From contig JAUYNR010000115.1 of NCBI GenBank assembly GCA_030698225.1, positions 5,058-69,057 of the forward strand: a stretch of 64,000 bases of DNA, in the 5' to 3' direction. A model generated the notes under the pieces. That model did no database searches and was not told the origin of the DNA. It saw nothing but the letters and a program-made list of their open reading frames with translations. Each line of letters opens with the position of its first letter. Position 1 is the first letter of the stretch. Made by a program: the position numbers and the translations under genes. Below are positions 46,427 to 54,638 of this stretch, piece by piece. This DNA is from Oxalobacteraceae bacterium. Lineage in GTDB: Bacteria > Pseudomonadota > Gammaproteobacteria > Burkholderiales > Burkholderiaceae_D.

Positions 46427-47320
46427 CTACAGTGCAGGCTTGTCGCTGTGCGCTATGAGGTTGGCCTTGAGCTGCTCGCTCATGGGCATGTTCAGAATCA
46501 CACCTTTAGGAGGAATCGGTGACTCAAACCACTTGGTGTACAGCCTAGTGAATTCGCCCGACTTCATCAGGCGAGTGATGGTGCCGTCTACCAGCTTCTT
46601 GAACTCTGGATCCCCTTTGCGCACCATGCAGCCGTAGGGCTCTACTTGCAGCGTATCGCCGACGACTTCGAGCAAGTCTGGATTTTTAGAGTTGGCCCTC
46701 AGGCCAAATAGCAAGACATCGTCCAGGGCAAGCGCCTCAGCGCTGTCATTTTCAACCAACAGCAGGCCGTCGGCATAGTCTTTTCCCAGGATGACCTGTA
46801 TGTCGAGGTTGTGATCAGCACTGTACTTGCGGAGGACCTTCTCGTTGGTGCTGCCGGCGGCACTGGCGATCTTTTTCGTGGCCAGGTCAGCGTAGTTTTT
46901 TATTCCAAAGGTCTTCTTGGTCAATAAACGAGTCCCCGTGTAGAAATAGCTGATGGAAAAAGATACCTCTTTGCCGCGCGCAGAATTATTGGTAGTGGAT
47001 CCGCACTCGAGGTCGTAAGTACCATCGAGCAGCAATGGAATGCGGTTTTGCCCGGTCACGGGTGTGCGAATAACTTCAATGTTCGGCCTTTTGAGCTTCT
47101 TTCGCACATCATCTACGATGGCATCGGTCAGATCGACCGAGAAGCCCACGGCTTTGGTTGGGCTGAGTAAATAACTGAAAGGAACCGAGCCCTCACGGTA
47201 CGAAACGGTGATCTTGTTGCTGTCGGCAACCTTTTTCAGTGTCTGTGCGCTGGCAGAAAACGGGATGGTGGCCAGTCCAGCAGAAAGAAATGCAGCGGTC
47301 ATTAGGTTTGCGACTTTCAT
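46427..47320 (-). CDS. Periplasmic amino-acid-binding protein (glutamate/aspartate type), orphan
   Basis: 297 aa from ATG 47320 (AGGAA upstream). Signal peptide ..SASAQ. Family-3 SBP blocks. No permease or ATPase genes adjacent. Visibly lower GC than its surroundings. Confidence 0.8.
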   Translation of the reverse strand: MKVANLMTAAFLSAGLATIPFSASAQTLKKVADSNKITVSYREGSVPFSYLLSPTKAVGFSVDLTDAIVDDVRKKLKRPNIEVIRTPVTGQNRIPLLLDGTYDLECGSTTNNSARGKEVSFSISYFYTGTRLLTKKTFGIKNYADLATKKIASAAGSTNEKVLRKYSADHNLDIQVILGKDYADGLLLVENDSAEALALDDVLLFGLRANSKNPDLLEVVGDTLQVEPYGCMVRKGDPEFKKLVDGTITRLMKSGEFTRLYTKWFESPIPPKGVILNMPMSEQLKANLIAHSDKPAL

Positions 47321-47775
47321 GAGTTTCCTTTCAGGGTCGTAAAAGGGCAAACCACTAAATGACATCAGTTCCGAACATGCCAAAAGAGCATTCTTGACTG
47401 ACACTAGGAATGAATCGATACAGAATGGATTTTTCCAATTGCATCATTCTCTGATCAGCAAGCCGTCCAATTGCAATACAGATCCAAAATAACGGTACGC
47501 TTAGGCATGGCAAGTGCATTGAGGATAATCAAACGATTCAGTTATGGAGTGACCGTCCGCTTCCGTTGACTGCTGTCATTGGGGCGAAAAACCTGAACGG
47601 CTCTTGCGGGTCGAACTGCAACATTCAAGATCTGTTGCCATAAGGCGCGCATCGGCCTTGCCGCAGAATTTTTCATTATCCGTCAGTAATTTTCAACTTC
47701 CGTGTGACCCGATGCCTTGCGCTGGCCGCATTTCCGGATGCAGGCCCGGCACCGCGTCGGGGCACGCTTCGTCCA

Positions 47776-47842
47776 TAAAATGCAGGGGTATCAGCGAAAA
47801 CAGTACACTTTCCGCTTATATTCATTAAGAATTTAAAAATGC
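47776..47842 (+). repeat. AT-rich interspersed repeat, copy 6 of 9 (more diverged)
   Basis: ggggtatcagcgaaaacagtacactttccgcttatattcattaagaatttaaaaatgc. Confidence 0.5.
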
Positions 47843-47911
47843 CCATGCCAGTATGTAAACAGTCACCGGCCGGCGCGAAGCCCGGCGATGCATTGCTTGC
47901 GGCCTTTACAT

Positions 47912-48541
47912 CTACCTGGCGGAGCTGACCAGCTTTGCGCCCAGGAACATCATCGCGCTGCCTGCGGCGCGGTCGATCCACGGCTTGTAGCGCAGATATG
48001 CTGCGCGCGGTGCGGCCGACGACAGCGCCAGCGCGACGATTGCGTACCATCCTGCTTCGATTGCAAAAACGATGCAAGGCAGCACAATCATCAGCGATGC
48101 AGGCACATCGGACGGCAGCAATGCGGCAAAGATGCTTGCATAGAACAGCGCAGTCTTCGGATTGCTCATCTGGGCGCCCAGTCCCGTCAGGAAAAACCGG
48201 GGCGCCGTCCCTGCAGCTGCGGCGTCGTCGCCCGCCATAGCGGCCAGGGGCTGTTTTGCGCCACGGAATATCTTCCAGCCCAAATAAGCCAGATAGGTGC
48301 CGCCGGCCACTTTGATCGTCAGATACAGCCATGGCACCGCAGCCAGCAGCGCTTGCAGTCCGCACAGCGCGGCGATGGCGAACAGCATGCCGCCGATGCC
48401 CATTCCCAAGGCGGCGCAAAGGCCGTGTTCCCGTGTCGAAGCAATTGCGGTTCGCGCAACCATGACGAAACTCGGCCCGGGACTCATGGCGCCGATTGCC
48501 ACCGCACTGCCAATGCTGATCAAGATAAATGCGTTGTTCAT
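47912..48541 (-). CDS. LysE/RhtB-family amino-acid exporter
   Basis: 209 aa, 6 TM. N-terminal SPGPSF motif. Confidence 0.8.
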   Translation of the reverse strand: MNNAFILISIGSAVAIGAMSPGPSFVMVARTAIASTREHGLCAALGMGIGGMLFAIAALCGLQALLAAVPWLYLTIKVAGGTYLAYLGWKIFRGAKQPLAAMAGDDAAAAGTAPRFFLTGLGAQMSNPKTALFYASIFAALLPSDVPASLMIVLPCIVFAIEAGWYAIVALALSSAAPRAAYLRYKPWIDRAAGSAMMFLGAKLVSSAR

Positions 48542-48630
48542 ATTGCCCTTTGATTAAATTCTCCGGCATCAGTGGATGGATGATGTGATGTCGAACAGCG
48601 CGTTTTAGCAATGACAAAGTGGGTGCACCT

Positions 48631-48948
48631 TCAAAATCCGTGGAACAGGAAATCCAGCGCCGAACCGATTTCCAATTGCCTGTCGGATAAATTCGTCACA
48701 GGCATGCGCAGCAAGCGACCCGGAACCGCCGCCAGCTTCGGCGTCTCCATCACGCACTCTCGCTCTTCCAGCACGAACACCGGCATCAGATCGGCCGGCA
48801 ACTGCATGCCAGGCAAACTGGTGCGAAGGCGCAGCGGCACCACAACCCGCGTATCCAGGCCTTGCAACAGGTCGCTTTGCACATCCAGCAGATAAGGCGT
48901 GGTCGCCGCATGGACGCCGCTGTTGGGAAATACATCGAAACGCGCCAT
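48631..48948 (-). CDS. ccdB: Type II toxin CcdB
   Basis: 105 aa from ATG 48948. The YLLDVQSDLL and VVPL blocks parallel F-plasmid CcdB. Starts 1 nt after the ccdA stop. Confidence 0.8.
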   Translation of the reverse strand: MARFDVFPNSGVHAATTPYLLDVQSDLLQGLDTRVVVPLRLRTSLPGMQLPADLMPVFVLEERECVMETPKLAAVPGRLLRMPVTNLSDRQLEIGSALDFLFHGF

Positions 48949-48949
48949 G

Positions 48950-49189
48950 TCAGAACCCGCGCCACTGTTCCAGCGGCAAACCTTCGGCCTCCACCGTCTG
49001 GTTGTACGCAGCAATGAAATCCGCATGCTGCTCGGCCCAGCGGCGCTCCTGCTCGCGCCGCACCAGTTCGCGCAAATGGCTATCGCAGGCTTGCGAGATG
49101 TTGATGCCCAGACGCCGGGCATCGGCCAGCACGTCGGCAGACAGCGTGATGTTGGTGGCTTTCTTGGCGGGATTGGCAGCGATCGGCAT
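48950..49189 (-). CDS. ccdA: Type II antitoxin CcdA
   Basis: 79 aa from ATG 49189 (AGGAGG upstream). CcdA-like NITLSADVL..GINIS..RRWAEQ pattern. Confidence 0.75.
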   Translation of the reverse strand: MPIAANPAKKATNITLSADVLADARRLGINISQACDSHLRELVRREQERRWAEQHADFIAAYNQTVEAEGLPLEQWRGF

Positions 49190-49251
49190 GGTGTGGCCTC
49201 CTATGATGCACATGTATTATGCGCATTATAGGACAACATCCGGAGCGCGTT

Positions 49252-49298
49252 TGACTATCCTGCGCCGCCGTCTTGCCCGGATGGAAGCGCAGGATAGT
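49252..49298. terminator. 13-bp-stem hairpin downstream of the GNAT gene
   Basis: gactatcctgcgc / gcgcaggatagtc with a 21-nt loop. No T-run. Function uncertain. Confidence 0.3.
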
Positions 49299-49358
49299 CC
49301 TGCGCAATTTCAGGCACGAAATTTTTCCCGGATTTGGAAATGCCATCCATGGCCGCGC

Positions 49359-49865
49359 TTATTGCCTGCCGTGTGCTGCCCATGGCCTGAACGCTTTTTG
49401 CAAAAAAATCGCATTGCCTGTCTCCGCGCTGAGGGCGTAGCCGGAAAAGCCGAAGGACGCGTATGCTGCGCGGGCTGCAGCGTTGCCCTCCAGAACTTCC
49501 AGGGTCAGCTTGCAGCAGCCGAGGCTGTGGGCGACTTGCTCCACTTTCGACAGCAGTTTCTGGGATATTCCGCGCCCTCTATAGCCGGGCAAGACGACGA
49601 CGTCGTGAATGTTCAGCAAGGGTTTGCATGCGAACGTCGAAAAACCTTCGAAGCAGATCGCCAGGCCGATCGGTTTGCCATCGGTAAAGGCCAGCACCAG
49701 ATGCGTGCCGGGCCTTTTCCGCAGTTCGATTACAAGGTTGTCTGTTACGAATTTCGACAGCGCATGTTTCCCGTCCATTTCATCTTGTGCGTATGCATTC
49801 AATAAGAATACGACGGCCTCGGCATGGGACGGCAACGACAAGTCCGCGATAGTGATTTCTTCCAT
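49359..49865 (-). CDS. GNAT-family N-acetyltransferase
   Basis: 168 aa. Acetyl-CoA binding block LPGYRGRGISQKLL. Confidence 0.8.
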   Translation of the reverse strand: MEEITIADLSLPSHAEAVVFLLNAYAQDEMDGKHALSKFVTDNLVIELRKRPGTHLVLAFTDGKPIGLAICFEGFSTFACKPLLNIHDVVVLPGYRGRGISQKLLSKVEQVAHSLGCCKLTLEVLEGNAAARAAYASFGFSGYALSAETGNAIFLQKAFRPWAAHGRQ

Positions 49866-49912
49866 GAATCTCTTCCAATGAACGTGAATGCATATGTGTA
49901 AGCTGCGCGGCT

Positions 49913-50539
49913 TTATCCTTCCACCAGCCCGGCCATCGCCTTCCCATCGTCGCTTGCGCGCAGGCCGGCGGCGATCGTGGCCCGGTCCGCGGCGGAGCGG
50001 TTTTGGCTGGCCTTCCAGCTGCCGGTCACGCGGCGCAGCGGGATTTCTATGCCGATGATCGCGCCCAGCATTTTTTCAATATAGTCCGGCGGCGCATCGC
50101 CGATCTGCCACGGCCGGGCGCGGCTTGCTTCGTGCCGGTTGGTCAGGCGCTCCAGCAGCGCATGCAGCCAGGCGGCGTCGTCGATGATGCGCAATGGGCC
50201 GTATGCATGGACGGTGGCGTAATCGTAGGTCGGCACCGCCTTGCCGCTGGCTTGCTTCTCCGCATACCAGGATGGCGTGATGTAGGCCTGCGGCCCCTGG
50301 AAGATGACCAGCGCGTCCACTGCCGGCGTTGGGTTGCGCCACAACGGATTGTTGCGGGCGATGTGCGCGCGCAGGGTGCCGTGCGGCGCTGCGGCGCTGG
50401 CCGGCGCGATTTCGAACGGGATATGGCAGGCGTCGAGGCCGTCCGGCTGCAGCGTCACCAGCGCGCCCAGCGGATGCTCGTGGATCAGCCGGTGCAGCAC
50501 GTCGAGCCGCTGTTCGGCAAAGTGTGCGGGTACGTACAT
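49913..50539 (-). CDS. FMN-binding negative transcriptional regulator (PaiB family)
   Basis: 208 aa. N-terminus MYVPAHFAE...HPLGALVT is typical of PaiB. Confidence 0.8.
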   Translation of the reverse strand: MYVPAHFAEQRLDVLHRLIHEHPLGALVTLQPDGLDACHIPFEIAPASAAAPHGTLRAHIARNNPLWRNPTPAVDALVIFQGPQAYITPSWYAEKQASGKAVPTYDYATVHAYGPLRIIDDAAWLHALLERLTNRHEASRARPWQIGDAPPDYIEKMLGAIIGIEIPLRRVTGSWKASQNRSAADRATIAAGLRASDDGKAMAGLVEG

Positions 50540-50575
50540 GGTATTCCTTTCAGGATTGAAATCAGGGCAGCGCAG

Positions 50576-51037
50576 TCAGGACAATTCAAGCACCACTTCG
50601 GCCCGCAGCGAATGGGCGATCGTGCATTGCTGGTGCGCCTGATGATGCAGCGCAGCGAGTTGCTCCGGCGTCGGTTGCAGCGTGCCGGAAAATGCCGTCT
50701 GCGGCCGCAACGTGATGCGGGTCAGCGCAATCTGGTTGTCGCTGTTCTGGCCCAGCACGCCGAATGCGCGGTCGGTGTAGTGATCGACCGTGTAGCCGGC
50801 CTTGGCGGCAAGCGACAGGAACCACAGCATGTGGCAGCTCGACGTCGCGGCCACCAGCGCTTCTTCCGGATCGACGCCGGCCGGGTCTGACAGCGGCACC
50901 GGTACCGACAGCGGCGACGACGACGCGGGTACCCGGGCACCGCCGTCGAATACCCATTCATGCGCGCGGCGGTAGCGGTTGTCGGTGAATTGCTGTGCGC
51001 CGCGTTGCCAGCCGACGGTGGCGTCAAATTGGGACAT
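50576..51037 (-). CDS. OsmC/Ohr-family protein
   Basis: 153 aa. Conserved Cys contexts ATSSCHML and QCTIAHSL. Confidence 0.75.
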   Translation of the reverse strand: MSQFDATVGWQRGAQQFTDNRYRRAHEWVFDGGARVPASSSPLSVPVPLSDPAGVDPEEALVAATSSCHMLWFLSLAAKAGYTVDHYTDRAFGVLGQNSDNQIALTRITLRPQTAFSGTLQPTPEQLAALHHQAHQQCTIAHSLRAEVVLELS

Positions 51038-51063
51038 CGTTTTTCCTTTCTATCGGTGGTGCG

Positions 51064-51471
51064 TCAGACGGCCGACGGCCGCTTGATGATCCAGCCGTTG
51101 GCGACCGCTTCGAATCCGACTTTCGGGTAGTACGCCATCGCGCCCGGCGCGGCCAGCAGCAACAGCATCGAGTCGCAGCCGATCGCGCCGCGCACCTGCT
51201 CGATCAGCGCCTGGCCGATGCCTTTGCGTTGATAGGCGCGATCGACCGCCAGATCGGACAGGTAGCAGCAAAATGCGAAGTCGGTCAGCGCGCGCGCCAC
51301 GCCGACCAGGCTTTGCCCATCCCAGGCGGTGACCAGCAAATTGCCATGCTGCAGCATCTTTGCGATGCGCGCCAGATCATCGACCGGCCGCTGGATGCCG
51401 GAACGGGTAAACACGCCGGCCAGCTGCTCGGGCGTGATGCGGCGGTCTTGCGCATACGTAATGGCTTGCAT
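51064..51471 (-). CDS. GNAT-family N-acetyltransferase
   Basis: 135 aa from ATG 51471. RAYQRKGIGQALI motif. Divergent from a MocR regulator gene. Confidence 0.75.
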   Translation of the reverse strand: MQAITYAQDRRITPEQLAGVFTRSGIQRPVDDLARIAKMLQHGNLLVTAWDGQSLVGVARALTDFAFCCYLSDLAVDRAYQRKGIGQALIEQVRGAIGCDSMLLLLAAPGAMAYYPKVGFEAVANGWIIKRPSAV

Positions 51472-51580
51472 GATATTCCCGGTGGCTGTGAAGAAGATGA
51501 GCACCATGTTATCGTCCGGTTTGGCTTTTCAAAAGATCCAATAATATCTATCTCTTAAATACCAATCTCCGGAAAATTTC

Positions 51581-53101
51581 ATGCACCCGACCCAATTGCT
51601 GGCCGCGCTACAGCTGGAGCGCGCCGGTCCGGCGCCGCTGTTTCGCCAATTGTATGCGGCGATCAAGCACGCGATCCTGAGCGGCGCGGCCCAGCCCGGT
51701 ATGCAGCTGCCGCCGACCCGCGATTTTTGCCGGCTGCTGGGCATCTCGCGCCAGACCGTATTGAACGCGTATGCGCAGCTGATGGCCGAAGGCTATCTGA
51801 GCGGCAGCGTCGGCAAGGGCACGTTCGTCAGCGAGCGGCTGCCGATCGCAGCGCCGGAACCGCGTGCGGCCGCCGCTGCCGGCAGCAGCGCCGGCGCGGC
51901 GGCCACGCTGTTGCGCCCGCTGTCCGAGCGCGGCTTGCACTTTGTCGATGCGATGGGGCAGATGCGTTTTCATGAAGGCAAGACGCGCGCGTTCCGGCTC
52001 GGCATGCCGGGGCTGGACCTGTTTCCGTTCGATATCTGGGGCCGGCTCGAAGCGCGCTGCTGGCGCCGCGCCGGCGCGCAGATGGGCTATTCCGATCCGG
52101 CCGGCCATGCGCGCTTGCGCGAGTTGCTGTGCGTGTACCTGCGGGCGTCGCGCGGCGTCAATTGCACGCCGCAGCAAATCGTCATCACATCCGGCTCGCA
52201 ACAGGCATTGTTCCTGCTGTCGAGCCTGCTGCTGGGGCCGGGCGACGCGGCCTGGGTCGAGAATCCCGGCTACCGCGGCGCCAGCGCGCCGCTGCATGCG
52301 GGCCAGGCCCGCATCACGCCGGTGCCGGTCGATGCCGACGGCCTCAGCGTCGCCTACGGCGAGCGCCATTGCCCGGATGCCAAGCTGATCGTCGTCACGC
52401 CGTCGCACCAGTTGCCGCTGGGCGTGACGATGAGCCTGCAGCGCCGGCTGGAATTGCTGGCTTGGGCCGCGGCCAACCGCGCGTGGGTGATCGAGGACGA
52501 TTACGACAGCGAATACCGCTACACCGGCCCGCCGCTGGCATCCTTGCAGAGCCTGGATGCGGCCGGCTGCGTACTCTATGTCGGCACGCTGTCGAAGGTG
52601 CTGTTTCCCGGCTTGCGGCTCGGCTATCTGGTCGCGCCGCTGCCGCTGGTCGAGGCCATCGTCCAAGCCAAGGCGGTGATCGACCGCCATACCGCGATCG
52701 TGCCGCAGATGGTGCTGGCCGACTTCATCGCCGAGGGCCATTTCAACCGCCATATCAGGCGCACCCGGGACGCGTATGCCGAGCGGCGCGCGGCGCTGCT
52801 GGCGGCGCTAGCCGCGCAACTGGCGGACCAGCTGGTATGCGGCCCGTCTGACGCCGGGCTCGATATTGCGGTGTATTTCAGGCAGCCGCACGATGAAGTC
52901 GCGATTGCCGCAGCGGCGCTGGCGAAAGGGATAGAAGTGCGGCCGCTGTCGCACTACGCCAGCACGCTGGCCAATGCCGCGCCCGCCTACAGCCAGTCGC
53001 AAGGATTGGTGCTGGGCTTTGCGTCGATTCCGGCCGATGAAATCAGGCACGGGGTGGCTGTCTTGCGGCAAGTTCTAGAACAGGCAACGCGCGGCAATTG
53101 A
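51581..53101 (+). CDS. MocR/PdxR-type regulator (GntR wHTH fused to an aminotransferase-like domain)
   Basis: 506 aa. N-terminal GntR HTH (LPPTRDFCRLLGISRQTV) plus a fold-type-I aminotransferase domain (TLSKVL lysine context). Confidence 0.85.
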   Translation: MHPTQLLAALQLERAGPAPLFRQLYAAIKHAILSGAAQPGMQLPPTRDFCRLLGISRQTVLNAYAQLMAEGYLSGSVGKGTFVSERLPIAAPEPRAAAAAGSSAGAAATLLRPLSERGLHFVDAMGQMRFHEGKTRAFRLGMPGLDLFPFDIWGRLEARCWRRAGAQMGYSDPAGHARLRELLCVYLRASRGVNCTPQQIVITSGSQQALFLLSSLLLGPGDAAWVENPGYRGASAPLHAGQARITPVPVDADGLSVAYGERHCPDAKLIVVTPSHQLPLGVTMSLQRRLELLAWAAANRAWVIEDDYDSEYRYTGPPLASLQSLDAAGCVLYVGTLSKVLFPGLRLGYLVAPLPLVEAIVQAKAVIDRHTAIVPQMVLADFIAEGHFNRHIRRTRDAYAERRAALLAALAAQLADQLVCGPSDAGLDIAVYFRQPHDEVAIAAAALAKGIEVRPLSHYASTLANAAPAYSQSQGLVLGFASIPADEIRHGVAVLRQVLEQATRGN

Positions 53102-53182
53102 GCCTGGCAAGGCCGCCGATCGGGAACATTCTTCGGGGGGCGCCATCTAATGGCTGTCTATTTCTTATTGTGGGAGGTAATC

Positions 53183-53557
53183 ATGGAAGGAATTTTCAAA
53201 CGCTGGCAAGACGCCGGCAATCTGCTGCTCGGAGCTTGGCTATTGATTTCGCCGTGGGCCATGGGTTATGCAGCCGGCATGCCGGTTGCCGCCTGGAACG
53301 CCGTCATCTTGGGCGTTGCGATCGTGGTTTTTGCGGCGGTCGCCATGTATATGCCAAGAGTATGGGAGGAAGGCATCAACATGGCATTGGGTGTATGGCT
53401 GATCGCCTCGCCTTGGGTGCTGGGGTTCGCTGCCGAGGCAAACATGATGATGAATGCGGTTATCGTCGGCATCCTGGTGGCGGCGCTGGCTGCCTGGGCG
53501 ATGCTGCGCGACAAGGTCTTCGAAAAATGGTGGCACGACCATCATCATGCGGCATAG
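53183..53557 (+). CDS. SPW-repeat membrane protein
   Basis: 124 aa from ATG 53183 (GGAGG upstream). Two SPW motifs (LISPWAMG, IASPWVLG) in TM segments. Confidence 0.7.
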   Translation: MEGIFKRWQDAGNLLLGAWLLISPWAMGYAAGMPVAAWNAVILGVAIVVFAAVAMYMPRVWEEGINMALGVWLIASPWVLGFAAEANMMMNAVIVGILVAALAAWAMLRDKVFEKWWHDHHHAA

Positions 53558-53587
53558 AAAAGTATTAATCGCACATTGAGGCCGTGA

Positions 53588-53620
53588 TGCCGTTCACTTG
53601 AGAAAGTGAGCGGCATTTTT
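53588..53620 (+). terminator. Rho-independent terminator
   Basis: 12-bp stem tgccgttcactt/aagtgagcggca (one G-U pair), GAGA loop, then TTTTT. Confidence 0.75.
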
Positions 53621-53641
53621 CATGCTGTGGGCATTGCCGCG

Positions 53642-54088
53642 CTATTGTTTGAACGGTTCGGTCTGCCCGGGCTTGCGCAGCATCTTGTTGACTTCGTCCT
53701 GATGCGCGACTTCCTGTGAAATCATGTCGCGCGCGTAATCCTCGAGCCGCACGTCCTTGTCCTTGACCAGAGCCAGCAACGCGTAGTAAGCCTTCAGCGC
53801 CTCGCCTTCATGCTCCAGCGACTCGCGCAGGATGTCGCCGATGTCGTGCTTGTGGGATTCGAGCAGCGGTCCGATGACCAGTGACGGGTGGCCGCCCATC
53901 CAGGTCACCAGCTCGCCTGCCTGACGCGCATGCAGCAGCCCTTCATCGGCGTTCTTTTGCAGCCAGTCAACGATCGGAATCCGGTTAAAGCCGTACACCA
54001 TCAGCGCGTAGTGGGTGTAGCGCACCACGCCGGCCAGTTCCAGTTCCATGATCCGGTTGAGTATTTTTAATACTTCATTCTGTTTCAT
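53642..54088 (-). CDS. Bacterioferritin-like (ferritin-like di-iron) protein
   Basis: 148 aa from ATG 54088 (AGGAG upstream). Four-helix ferritin-like pattern with E..Y, E..H and EVAH ligand contexts. Confidence 0.7.
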   Translation of the reverse strand: MKQNEVLKILNRIMELELAGVVRYTHYALMVYGFNRIPIVDWLQKNADEGLLHARQAGELVTWMGGHPSLVIGPLLESHKHDIGDILRESLEHEGEALKAYYALLALVKDKDVRLEDYARDMISQEVAHQDEVNKMLRKPGQTEPFKQ

Positions 54089-54272
54089 CGGACGCTCCTT
54101 GAAGGGTAAATGGGATTGCAAGCGGAAGAGGTACCCGTTTGGATCCATCATTCCCGGCACAACATCAGACTGATTGATATGGCGCAATCAATGAACGATT
54201 TTTTTGACCCGAACCCGGTAGACAAGAAAGATGACTGTCGTATCTGCAAATGGGAAAGACTTTTGCGCGCCA

Positions 54273-54330
54273 TTGCAAGCTCGGCGGGCGCAGGGTAGAA
54301 TCTTTTTAAATGAGAATGATTATCATTTAT
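54273..54330 (+). promoter_or_regulatory. Sigma-70 promoter with a Fur box over the transcription start region
   Basis: TTGCAA (54273-78), 17-nt spacer, TAGAAT (54296-301). gagaatgattatcatttat (54312-54330) matches the Fur consensus at 14/19, with an intact AATGAT.ATCATT core. Confidence 0.7.
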
Positions 54331-54371
54331 AATAAAGCCGAACCTTCACTTTCCGTACCAGGAGTCCGTCC

Positions 54372-54623
54372 GTGATACAAAAATCAAATGCCGTCCCGTG
54401 CCGGCAGCTGCTGGTGGCAAGCAGCACCGCCGGCCATGTCACCGTCTGCCCTGATTGCGGGCAGGTTCATCTGAGTTTGCCTTCGTTGACGCTGCGCTTC
54501 GACACCGAAGTGTTTCGTCAGCTGGCTGGCATGCTGCGTGCCGCGCAGCAGCGGCTCGAGACCGATCCCGCGCTGCAAGGGGTCGAATTGGCGGCCGCCA
54601 TGCGGCAAGTCGTGCGGCATTGA
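54372..54623 (+). CDS. Small hypothetical Cys-containing protein (83 aa)
   Basis: GTG start 7 nt after AGGAG. Contains CPDCG. Tightly linked to the next gene (15-nt gap). No family recognised. Confidence 0.5.
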   Translation: MIQKSNAVPCRQLLVASSTAGHVTVCPDCGQVHLSLPSLTLRFDTEVFRQLAGMLRAAQQRLETDPALQGVELAAAMRQVVRH

Positions 54624-54638
54624 GCCAGGAGCAGACCC

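Noticed and set aside
47560-47660. tRNA-like or att-site fragment (gcgggtcgaactgc) at the right side of the lower-GC segment
   Set aside because: No cloverleaf can be drawn, and the T-loop consensus GGTTCGAATCC is not matched. It is too weak to call.
47690-47790. Possible 3' remnant of the MEKHLA gene on the far side of the lower-GC segment
   Set aside because: I translated all three plus-strand frames by hand and none resembles the C-terminal MEKHLA blocks. This cannot be supported without an alignment.
47676-48617. 313-aa minus-strand ORF
   Set aside because: It overlaps the LysE exporter gene out of frame and is Arg-rich nonsense. The 209-aa LysE frame has the expected TM pattern.
54110-54298. 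62-aa plus-strand ORF between the bacterioferritin-like gene and the Fur promoter
   Set aside because: It lies upstream of the identified -35/-10, has no RBS, and overlaps the bacterioferritin-like gene's promoter region.
54372-54623. Small ORF next to the bacterioferritin-like gene as bacterioferritin-associated ferredoxin (Bfd)
   Set aside because: It has only three Cys residues and lacks the Bfd 2Fe-2S pattern (four Cys in two pairs near the N-terminus). It is kept as a hypothetical protein instead.
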